DNA of 64,000 bases, from NCBI GenBank assembly GCA_965285935.1, contig OZ260663.1, forward strand, positions 59,086,001 to 59,150,000, given 5' to 3'. A program made the translations under genes and the position numbers. Below, in pieces: positions 52,236-63,229 of this stretch (its first letter is position 1; each line of letters starts with the position of its first letter). The notes beneath the pieces were generated by a model, which saw only the letters and a list, made by a program, of their open reading frames with translations, was not told where the DNA came from and did no database searches. The DNA is from Ophelia neglecta. Taxonomy: Eukaryota.

Positions 52236-53371
52236 CCCCGTGTGCTAGAAAAAACTGGGCTAAGTATTTTCTCAGGCAAAACGATTCCATTGCCATTGGC
52301 TGAGCAAATTCTTGAACTTAAGCTTAAAACTTAAGTCAAAGAAAATGAGTTGAGGGTGTTCTGAAAGATTCTTAGACTTAGTTTTTACTTAAATCTTGCT
52401 CAGACTTAAGCAAGGTGTATAGGTCACTTAAGTCTGGCAGATCATGCTCAAATATGGAGGCACAACATAGACGCTTGAGGAGGCTGTTGGTTTATTTGTT
52501 GAACCACCCATACCAGGGGTATTTAGAGACTTATCTAACCCCCCTTGAGCGTTATGATGCTGAACAGATAAGACAAACAAATATGCTGGCACCACTTGTT
52601 CTTCTATTTTTATAAAATCATTAATCTTATTTTCATACCTGTTTACTGCCTCAGTAATTTTGTCCCATGCCTTGTCCTTCCAGTCTATTAGCAAGCCCGA
52701 AGAATCTCCCTAAAATTAAGGTTACTAAATATAACCCTAGCTAGCCACTCCTGTTTAATTTATGACCTGAGAGTCTGTGAGTAATAAGACATGACCTTAT
52801 AAATCTGTACTGGTCCTGTACATGGATGGGATTAGTGCTGTCAATCCTATGTGTGAGGCCCAGCCTCTAAGAGAGCCACAGATGACAGGTGCTTTGGGTA
52901 CTGATATGTATAAAATATAACAGGAATTGTATGTTTCAAAAAAAATGTTAGACTTTTAACTGAACCAATTAAAAAGTCATCAAAGGCACAGATATAACAC
53001 AAAATCATTTACCTTTACTGTAAATACATTTTAAACGGAGCTTTGACCTGACATGTGCTAGGTCCAGTCAAATTTCCTAATGGTGGTTTAATTATCACCA
53101 CAGGTAATTAGCCTGTGCCATAAACCTGCTGTCCAAGTGCTAGGCATAGAATTGTAGAAAATCTACTTTTTATCTACTGCCCATGCGCAGCCCGGAAGCA
53201 TGTATACATTTTGTATCTAGCGATCAATCCTTGCTTAACTTTGATTTATACTTAAACTTTGCTTAGTTTGGACTTGAGAAGAATCTAGCACCCCAATCTT
53301 GAGAAATTCTTAGCTAAGAATTTTCTTAGTTCATACTTAGACTTAAGTTAAGCAAAATCCAGCACACAAGG
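52236..53371. mobile_element. Decayed, internally deleted PIF/Harbinger-type DNA transposon
   Basis: Imperfect inverted ends (CCCCGTGTGCTAG 52236 / CCAGCACACAAGG 53359-53371) with CTTAAG/CTTAG-rich subterminal inverted repeats; + strand frameshifted GVFRDLSNP/LERYDAEQIRQ (52513-52576) resembling a Harbinger transposase N-terminus; - strand KDKAWDKITEAVN (52641-52679) resembling the Myb/SANT partner protein. Family call is from motif recognition, not a search. Confidence 0.6.
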
Positions 53372-54174
53372 CAAGTCTTTAGAAAGTTGCAACCACTTTT
53401 AAATATTAGTAAGTGCAACTACTCATTCGAATATTTATAGTTTGTGGTCTGTACACCAGCATAGGCTGTGGTAAGGGAGAACTTGATCTAGATCCAGGTA
53501 TGTATGAAAAAGAATAGCAACATAGCATAAGTAGAGCAACAACTGTATAAAAAGGAAAAGAAAGAAACAAAAGAAAGATAAGCAAAAATATTACAAAAAA
53601 TAATCTCATAAATAGAATGAACTGTGGAAGAGTTAGGTAAAGTAATTCTTAAACGTCAGTATCATACTTCCCAAAAGTAAAAACCAAACCCCCCGCCCCC
53701 CGCTGAGAGCTGCCCATTGATTTCTCACAGGACAACAGTAGAAGTTACTTGTGTTTGGTTCATGCCATATTCTAGTAAGCTTTCCGTTCTGTTATTATTA
53801 TTTCAGCCGTTTATATGTAGACCTCTAGAAGCCCATCCTAGTTTGATCCACCTACGGCATGCCACTCTTGTTGAGAAATTGATCTCCGCCTTCTACTCAA
53901 GTGCAACATCTACAGTGCATATTTCCATCCTCTCCGTCATGTAACCTGTTATTTCAAGTACTGATATATTTTGTTGAGTCTAATCAATTTGGGTGAATTT
54001 TGGTCAGTTCAAGTGAGTTTTGATTGGCTGTTTTGATTACCCGATTGCCCTTGTTTATTATTCCAATCACCATTTGATCACCAGAATCATTTGTGTTGAT
54101 TGGCTGTCGCCCATGATAATACTAATGCACTTTTTGATCATGTTTTGCGTCTTTGATCGTGTGGCAACCCCCAG

Positions 54175-54198
54175 AGATCCGTAAGGGCATATTTGACC
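54175..54198 (+). CDS. Lar: Candidate micro-exon with two in-frame donors (6 nt EI; 24 nt EIRKGIFD) in the FN3-2/FN3-3 linker
   Basis: Branch point TACTAAT 54120-54126, acceptor cccccag|54175, donors |GTAAGG at 54181 and |GTAAGT at 54199; both lengths are multiples of 3. Confidence 0.5.
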
Positions 54199-54871
54199 GT
54201 AAGTAACCCTCACACTGTCTGTGTGTCTGTGTTTCTGTGTGTACACCCTCTGTTTCAGGACCAAGAGGTCACCATATTGACAGCTAGGACTCAGCAATCA
54301 GCCATACCACTCTTTGTCATGCATGCTATGTTGTCTAAGACTAACTCATCGGTATTTCACAAGAAATCTGAATTTCTTACAGTTTGTTTAATTTCACCTA
54401 TTTGTTCCTTGCATATTCCTTTCTATTAATATATGTAGTTTTAAGTCTCTCCGCTCGAGACCAATGTTACAATTACTTATACCGATATTCATCTGATTCT
54501 TATAAGTAAACTTTGATTGTGTTTGTAATTTCAATTTTATAACTACACTGTGAGTAAAGAATTTGTTCCATGTTGCCAATGATAAAACATAGAACTAAGT
54601 ACCTACATGTTCAGAAGGAGGAGGGGCCAACTGTTACTATAGTTTAATTTAGTTTGTGGAGAAAAGCCCAACAGTTGCAGCCTCATGTTATGTCCGTCCT
54701 CTGATCTGTTTTGTACTACTTATTCTTGGTTCCATCTTATGTGTATCCATATATGTTGACTGTATATCCAGCTTCCAAGGATGGGCTGTGCGGCTCATTT
54801 TTGCGACGTATTGTACCATATTAACCGTGTAATTTTGCTCTATTTTGAATGGCACCTTCAATTGTCTGCAG

Positions 54872-54880
54872 GTGGTCCAG
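54872..54880 (+). CDS. Lar: Candidate 9-nt micro-exon (GGP) in the FN3-2/FN3-3 linker, or the 3' end of a longer alternative first exon
   Basis: ttcaattgtctgcag|GTGGTCCAG|GTGAGA; strong CAG|GTGAG donor; phase 1-1. Confidence 0.5.
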
Positions 54881-56419
54881 GTGAGAGAGTCAACAGATAT
54901 ATATATCTATATATATGTCAGAAATACGTACAAATATATTTATATACCACTCACAAGCACACTCTGCTACATTACAACTGTCATCCTAGAAACCGTACAT
55001 TCCAACGTGATTCTCAAAAAGATCATGTGTTTTGGTTATTTTTTCTTCACCTATGTTGGTTTTGGAGTCACTGTGCCTGTGTTTTGTGTGTGTGTCTTGT
55101 CATTTTACTCATTTTTTCTCCTTTTGCTCAGTTTTTGATAATTAAAGCAATTAGGAAAATTGTGCACTGAAATTGCAGGTATTCTAGGCAATTTTCTGAC
55201 AGGGGATGGGCCACTGGATATGTAAATGTATAACAATAATGCGGCATGCATGCTGATCTTTTTGTCTTATCTATCGACATATCAGTTTTCCACACTGCAG
55301 TATTACATATTTACATATGATGAGTTGAAGCTATGGGCTACATTTAGCTGCATTTTAGCCTGTAGCTTTGTATTAACTACTATTAATTACTTAGATATTG
55401 ACCAGTTTATTATTGTATCTGGTGAGAGGCATTGAATTACCACAAGGTCAGAAATGGATTTTGCCCACCATTTTAAGAGTGGGAGTACAGATTAAGGGGG
55501 CTTTAGGTCAATATTTAAATAATTAATTGGTAGTTGGGAACAGAAGGATGCAGGTCACTGTGAAAATTGATATTAAAAACACTCGCAAAACTGATTTCTC
55601 ATCTAATATATGTTGTGTTTTTACTCATGGTCAGATGTTCTTTATCTATTTGATTGATGTAGGGTAGAAAATGTTTCATAAAATTTGTGGCAAACATTTT
55701 GAATGATGCTTTAAATGTATATTCATTATGTTAGGATATTGGGAAAATGATAGCATTTTCCCCCGAGCCAAACATTTCTTAAATCAGTTCACACATTATA
55801 CACAGGATAGCAGTAAATAATTTAACAGTACACCAGAGTAAATGAAAGGTGCTTGAAAAGTGAGGGGCTTAAATTGCCTAGGCCTAAGCTGTGTATAAGT
55901 TGTGAATGTATTCCATATTATATCAATTGTACTGCATCCTTATCCCTTCTTCGCATATATATGTGTGCATTGAAATTGACTATTACCAGTCTGACTGGTT
56001 GGTATACATTACATGTCCAGTATAGTGCAATGAGGGTTGATTGGGTATTTTGAAGTTCATAGACTTAAAATACTTGGGATTGATATGTTGACAAAGGAAA
56101 GACAGGTAGGGTTTAGTCTAATGTCTCATCACAGCATATGACATGCTGTGCTTGCTGCCAATTCAGGCAATACCAAAATTTACCATATGTATTGATATAT
56201 CATTCATAAAATGATTGTCCTTTAAAAAGTAAGTTACTGCATGAAAAATACAATAGGTAACGTGTAACCAAAAATTGTTTATGTGCGATTATCTCTACTA
56301 AAACTCCTTTTGTGAATTTGACCTGTCATGTCCTGAACACTCTATTGGAAAATGCTTTCCAGTAATGAGTCCAGCATGATTAGATGTGATTATTTATGTT
56401 TGTTTGCTGTTTGTTACAG

Positions 56420-56707
56420 TGCCAGAGCAGCCCACTAACTTACAGGGGGAGTCCAGCTCTCCCAACTCGATCCAGCTGACCTGGGACCCGCCCGAGGACT
56501 CCGGGGAGAGTATACAGAGCTACGAGCTGTATTACAATGACTCCCACTTCCGTCAGAATGTCCGCATCACCATCTCGCCACCTAGGAACACCTACCTTCT
56601 GGAGGATCTGACCCCCGACACTGTGTATCACATACGGGTGGCGGCCAAGTCCCTTAGAGGGGAGGGGGCCAGCACGCCCACCATACAAGTCAGGACTCTG
56701 GAGTATG
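56420..56707 (+). CDS. Lar: LAR RPTP exon, FN3 repeat 3 (VPEQPTNLQGESSSPNSIQLTWDPP...GEGASTPTIQVRTLEY)
   Basis: ttgttacag| and TATG|GTAAGT; 288 nt; FN3 pattern. Confidence 0.97.
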
Positions 56708-59008
56708 GTAAGTACCATACGAGCTTCTCCTTAGTCCTTCGCTTCACGTTTGTCTAGCGTGTTCGCCTCTCGTCTGGTGATAACGCTCTCTATACTACTC
56801 TGTGTGTTGCTAGAGGCACCGGTTGCCAGGCAACCACTGGTTCTGTTTTGTCTTTCTCGTAACTCGTAGCCTTCTCCATGCCTTGATATATGACTCGATG
56901 AGTTGCCACATATATGTCAGGCCATCTATCCTACAATGACAGCTACTTACTAGTTTCAAAGTGTTTTCTCCTGTCTTGCTTAGTTTCATTTCATTTGGTT
57001 GTCAAAGGGGAGTGCAATAAGTGACTATGCTCTGTATCTCAAGTTTTGAAATATTTTGCTGGCAGTATTTTTTACCTGTTTTTGTGACTCTTAGGAAGAG
57101 AATGCGATATCTGTCTACAGCTCATAGACCTACAAATTTTTGCCCAGCCCCAATTGTAATATTTCAAAACTTAGTGGGATACCAGTCATGCAGATAAAGT
57201 TCACATGTTTAGCCTTTGATTTCTTATTACCACTTTTGATTGTTAGACAACAATGGCTGAGTACATCTAGTCACGAGTACTCTAGCAGTGTTTGGGTTTA
57301 GCACTGAGCACTGATGTCCTGAACCAATTATAAATGTTATCAATCACATTCATTACAAAGTTGATCAGGTTTGGTGGTGAGAGGCCACTGTCAGGTGAGT
57401 GTAGGGATACGAACAACTTCCACATAATGTAGTGGTATAGTTTTTCATATTTTACTCCACTTTATGCCTAAACCATATGTAAATCAATATGACAAAAAAT
57501 TTAGCAAGTTCATTTTCCAGAGACTCCGTTAAAATGGGTTTATGATAGTAAATATTTGCTATACAATGATGACTGTTCCGAAAACTTGGACAAAGAGGGT
57601 GGCACATATCTATTGTGCAGTGTGTGCATTATTCGGCACAGGAAGCAGCTGTATTCAACTCCTTTTGACACAGGATGTCAACTAGAAGCTGACATTGATT
57701 GTGAAGAAGCAATATACACAGCAGAGGCATTCAGTCACGTACTATCAATACACTTCATGCACATTTCTGGGTGCAATTTATATAGATTCGAGCCAGTGTA
57801 AAAAGTGAATTGCAGGTCTCTCTTTCTAGAAAAAATGAAGGAATGTTCATTTAGGAGACTGCTTTTAGGGCAGGCAATGATTAGCATCGTCCCCAGGTCC
57901 AATATGTTAAACGGGTTGTCGTTACTTCAAGTCTGAGGATTTCGCTGTCCACTCTAGTACCCAGCCTGCATTCAAACCACCTTCCATGCCACTCAATCAT
58001 GTCTTTCACCTCGTCTTTGCCCTGCGGGCAACTTGTTGTCTTAGTCCTTGAAGTTAACTTGATACTTGCATGTCAGCAGCCAAGGCACAAGATACACCTG
58101 TCTCTTATCGATTCATGCTAAGAAATGTTTCCAACATAATCTGTCTGTATTCTTCATGGACTAGAAACAAAAATAACTTCAGCCAAGGAAGGTTTCATTT
58201 TACATTTAAGGCTGGAGAGCAAAGTAGTGCCTATCAACTATATCTGCAATGTATTTCTAAATCTAATCCATTGTTCAAGTATTGTTTTGTACATAACTGC
58301 ATTATTATAAAAAAAACATTTAGCTATGCATAATATATAATATAAAGGACAGATTATGTAGGAAAACCAGTCTGTCGAATGTTATACCATTTTATATTAC
58401 AGTACAGTATACGTAGTCATTTCCATGACAGTATTTTGGTTCAAATTACATATTTCAGTCCACTCTCTCTCCTTGGTGATTACTCTGTGCACAGTGTGAG
58501 AGTGAACCTGTCAATTATTGTAGACTGATTTACAGTCATCTTTTGTTTTTGTGAATTACTTTAATTTTGCACTTTGGTCAGCTCTATAGCTGGCAGTGTC
58601 TTTTATTATTCACATTTAAAGTACTATAACTGAAACCATGAAATGATTTCTTGTATACATTTGTTCAATTAAATTTGTCCATATGTTCCCATAAAGAATC
58701 TTCATTATTTTTGTTCATAGCATAATGGCTGCCTACTTAAACAAATTTATAAACCTTGACTGGGGGAAGGTTTCAAAATATTTGAGCTACTTGTAGCCAT
58801 ATGACATGTAAATTTGAGCTATATGCCCTGGGATGAGAAGTCATTTCATGGTTCTTTACAAGGTCACTACAGATCTCTACACTGTGGTTGTGACCACTTG
58901 CATGTGAGTTGAGTTTCATCACTCTGTGGATGACGACCTGTACCTGTGTTTTGTTAAAGCTTTAACATTTGCGTTTCTTTCTATTTCACCTCTCCCCCGC
59001 CCATCCAG

Positions 59009-59317
59009 TCCCCAGTGCCCCGCCCCAGAATGTGCGTGGGGTGGCCCTAGACTCTACCAGCATCGAGGTAAGCTGGGAGCCCCCACCCAAGGCCGCCCAG
59101 AATGGTGTCATCTCTGGCTATAAGCTGCTCTACACCGACCAGGCCAGCAACCAGGGTCCTGAGGAGGCCACTGCGCTCACCGTAGGCGCCACTGAGCTTA
59201 CACTCGCCATACGCGAGCTGCAAAAGTGGACGCCCTACAAGATCTGGGTGTCTGCATTCACGCAGGTCGGGGATGGGCCTCTCAGTGATGTCATCGTCGT
59301 CCAGACAGACGAGGACG
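59009..59317 (+). CDS. Lar: LAR RPTP exon, FN3 repeat 4 (VPSAPPQNVRGVALDSTSIEVSWEPP...VGDGPLSDVIVVQTDED)
   Basis: ccatccag| and GACG|GTATGT; 309 nt; LxKWTxY and VGxGPxS..TDED signatures of LAR FN3-4. Confidence 0.97.
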
Positions 59318-59417
59318 GTATGTAACCGCGGCAACCAGCCACTACTACAACTACTACTCCACTGGGTGATTGGGATGATTTACAACAAGGTTGCTGTGTT
59401 CGCTCATGTCCTCCCAC

Positions 59418-59973
59418 ACTAACACCCAACGCAAAAGGGAATGTGTTGAGTTTTGTAAAGCTTTTGTCTCAAATTCATTGGCTACCAAGGAGAATCTGCC
59501 AGTCACCATAAAATTGTATACTTATATGGTTTGGGTTGCAAAAAAACATCCCTTTTAGATTTCCTTGTTATTTCCTACTTTTCAAATAATGTTTATGGTG
59601 GCTTGAAAGCTTGGATACTCCACTCATTTAATGAGGTTTTGGTTGAGTTTTGGTGTGAGGACAGAGTTTTGTTTCCCACAGACTTGTACATATACTGCAA
59701 CGGCTGAATGTGGGATCGATAAAGACTGTGTGATTACTACTAACAACACTACTAACTTTCCATTCAACCCCTTCCCTCTGCTAACCTTCCTGCACCATGA
59801 CTGCTTCAGACATGCATACTACTACCTTTATGTGCTATCATCCTTGCTTTTCTATGGTAATTACTAATGCTAGAATTTCACCCGTGTTACTACTAACCTG
59901 AGTAGTAAGGCGCCACACCACCTGGCTCACTGGGAATGTCCACTCACTTTTCACCTGCTGTTCAAATACTAAC
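59418..59973 (+). promoter_or_regulatory. Cluster of ACTAAY (Quaking/STAR-family or SF1-type) RNA motifs downstream of the FN3-4 exon
   Basis: ACTAAC at 59418, 59739, 59751, 59892 and 59968, ACTAAT at 59863, GCTAAC at 59780. Confidence 0.5.
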
Positions 59974-61555
59974 ACTTGTAGCTCAGGTTCATGGCTAGCC
60001 CAGGTTAGATCAACAAGGTGTACAACTGTATATGGCTGTAAAGGCTAGATACTTTGAGCAAGGGGAGTATGAGAGATGATTTCCTCTTATCAATGTTTTT
60101 TTGTCACAAGACAATTCTGTATTGATCTATCTACTCTATTCTTTCACTTAACATGCCTTATTGACTTAATACTAAAAGATTTGGGTTTGCTGGTGTTACA
60201 TCTGCCATGTTAAATATAAATGTGCCCCTGTATATATATATATATATATCATACTATTTTTTACCAAAAGAAGAGATCCCTGGGGTAGCCTTTGCCTGCA
60301 ATCTTCTCTATCATAATGTGTTTATAAATCAGCAGCTTAGCCTAACTTTCATATTTTATACTTTAATAAATCTTAATGAAGTTGGACTGTCTAGGAAAAT
60401 AGGCTAATAGGATATGTTGTTCTGTGTGACTATTGATCAACTTTTACTGAATGGTTTGGTGATTGATTTCTAAATTAATTGATTGATCGATTGGTTAGTT
60501 GGGTGATTGACTAAGGCTTGGTTATGGTTCAATCAATTCTAAATGATTCCATGGTAAGTGAACCAACTTTTCTGAGCATGTTTATCATTGGGTTTATGTG
60601 ACATTAATCTATATGTATTAATTAAGGTGGATATTTCATACAAAATGAAATAACCACCTTTAACTGTACAATTGTATGATTTTAATTATTTCTATTGACT
60701 ATGGTGTTTCTTTGACAACTTTCCTTGTCCTTGCTAATGCTGCAAAGCATTTGGAAAAGTAACAGCTTTTAGTTTAGTGTGTGTGTCCTCAATTGTATTC
60801 AGAATTACATGTCTATCTGTTTTGTTTCCATCTGAAACAATTTTTATAGAAAAAAAGTGTGATTCTAATTAATTAAATAATGTATTGATAATTTGTTTTG
60901 TGGTACTATTTTTGAAACTTGTAACTGAAGTGGAATTTACTGAATTGTACGATACAAAGTGGTATGCAACTTGTGCCATATTTGTTGAACTTGTATCATT
61001 TGAGTGATGCACTTCTTGCCTAGGCTAGCTCTCGGCAACTAGAGTCCCTTTATATATATATATATTGTCACATGCTACTCAATTGTGGAAATGTTTTAAT
61101 CTAATGCACCAATTCATTACTAACTGCATGATGTAAATACCTGTAAAATACACGTATATGGGATTGGAAATAGCATGGGTATGTAAAAAAAGCTAATAAG
61201 GCAACCTTGGTGCATCATCTACTAACTCTATTAATTGTGAACAGAAATCAACTCACTAAGTCAAGTTGTTCTGTTATAACTGCACACATTGGTTGTAGAA
61301 TTGGAATGATCACAGCTTTGATAAGAAAAAAAAGGGAAAACACATCTACTTTAGATATTTATTAAGCATAAACCTCTGTCTTCTAGCAAGTCTTTTAAAA
61401 AAGCACAGCAATCCAGAAAACTATTAGAGAGTAGAGTTAATTCAGTTTATAAGTAGATTGCACAACAATAGCCTAGGGTTTGGTTCTCCTTTACATAAAC
61501 CGGATATGACATTGGCCAATTTTGTTTTACTAAAGTGGCTACCTGTCCATTACAG

Positions 61556-61867
61556 TACCAGGAGAACCTCGGAAGGTCAAGTTGGAAGCTATCAACTCTA
61601 CCGCAGTGCTGGTAGAGTGGCGGCCCCCCTCCATCAAGGAGCAGAATGGCATCATCCGAGGCTTCCAAATCCACTACGTCATGATCAATGACCAAGACCA
61701 GCCCATTGGCCAGCCAGGCATGTTTGACCTAATGGACGGCAGTAAGTCAGACGTCATCATCGGTGGCCTTCGACCTGATGCCTCCTATCAGTTCCAAGTG
61801 GCGGCCTACACCCGGAAAGGTGATGGAGACCGCAGCAAACCCCGCAATGTCAAAACTAAAGGAGCAG
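61556..61867 (+). CDS. Lar: LAR RPTP exon, FN3 repeat 5 (VPGEPRKVKLEAINSTAVLVEWRPP...VAAYTRKGDGDRSKPRNVKTKGA)
   Basis: cattacag| and GCAG|GTAAGA; 312 nt; PRKVxxEAxNST and AAYTxKGDGxRSKP signatures. Confidence 0.97.
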
Positions 61868-62568
61868 GTAAGAAAGACAGGTTTCTTTACAGGAAAATAT
61901 GATATTTATAATAATTATCCTAATAATTAAACTAATTTCTTTTCAAACTATGATGACTTCATTATGACATAGACCAGCATATCTATGAGCTGAATGTTAG
62001 ATTTTTTTGTGATAAGACATTTTAAGGGAGATCTGAAAAGAAGGAGCATTTGTCTTTTACCTCAAATCATTATTCTGACTTGGACCTTAAAATGTGACAT
62101 ATTTTGGACTAAAGGAAATCTTGTATATGGAGTTGATGTACTTTCTGCCTTCTTGTGTTTTAGCTGTCTAGTACACATTGAGTAGGGTATAAAGAGTAAT
62201 AAACTGTTTGTTACTTGTGTAATATTTCCCAAGGGTGAGGCAGGGCAGATTTTTTCAATTACATTCTTTTGTAAAGATGAGGCAGTTGTCAATTTATACT
62301 ATTTTGTTTTAATTTTGACTCTTCAGAGGCACTCTTTAGTTAGAAACAGAAAAATTGTCCTTCTGATAAATTATTTTCTTTAGATTTTTCTCTTATTCTT
62401 ATTTTTCCCTTTTTTCTAAAAGAATTCTATAGGGTCAGTGTTTTAACAAAAAATATTAAAAAGAAATTTTGGTGTGGATATATAGAGAGTGAGGCAGGGT
62501 CCTAGAATTAAATTATCATTTGTTAGCAGCATATTTATTGTATAATTGTTTATATTTCCTCCTGCCAG

Positions 62569-62766
62569 TTCCGAGCTCCCCGCGGGGTTTGCAGCTGTCA
62601 CTGAACCAGGAGGACCCTCCGTTGGTCCTAGCTACATGGCAGGTCCCTCGAAATACCCACGGCAGCATCCTCAGCTACAAACTTACCTATGGAATACAGG
62701 GAGAGAGTTCAGTGGAGGAACGCAGGCTGGATGAGGAGAAATATAGGTTTACCACAGGATTCCTTG
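62569..62766 (+). CDS. Lar: LAR RPTP exon, FN3 repeat 6 first part (VPSSPRGLQLSLNQEDPPLVLATWQVP...KYRFTTGFL)
   Basis: cctcctgccag| and CTTG|GTTAGT; 198 nt, phase 1-1. Confidence 0.93.
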
Positions 62767-63136
62767 GTTAGTAAATGTACAAGAATGTGGTTCTAACAAG
62801 TCAGAAATATTGTGATACAAAGAAAATAAGAGTAAAAAATAATTTTGATGTACAGTGAAGGAACAAAACTAATAAATGCTCCTTTTTTACCTCGGATAGT
62901 AAATAAGTGTTGTTAATAAGCCTTTTGATGTTTAATCATTCTAAACAAAAGACATAATGGTTGTGTGTAAATGATTGATAAGATATACTTTGTTATGTCA
63001 TATTGAATTGAATTGATTTTGCTTATTATAATGACCAAAAAAAATTGTAAGGAAATCACATTTGCAAATGATCTTCATAGCAACCAGGTTCATTTTTAAG
63101 TCTTTAAACAAACTAATATTTTCTCTTGTATTTCAG

Positions 63137-63229
63137 AGAAAGGAGCGGTATATGAATTCCGCATTTCTGCCAGGAATTCGGTAGATTTTGGTGAGCAGGC
63201 CGTGGAAACCATTCGGACGCCGGATGGAA
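63137..63229 (+). CDS. Lar: LAR RPTP exon, FN3 repeat 6 second part (EKGAVYEFRISARNSVDFGEQAVETIRTPDG)
   Basis: tatttcag| and GGAA|GTGAGT; 93 nt, phase 1-1; KGAxYxFRxSARNxVxFGE motif. Confidence 0.94.

Noticed and set aside
54113-54183. Signal-peptide-like ORF MIILMHFLIMFCVFDRVATPRD
   Set aside because: Ends in phase 2 at donor 54181 or hits TAA, so it cannot join the phase-1 FN3-3 exon in frame.
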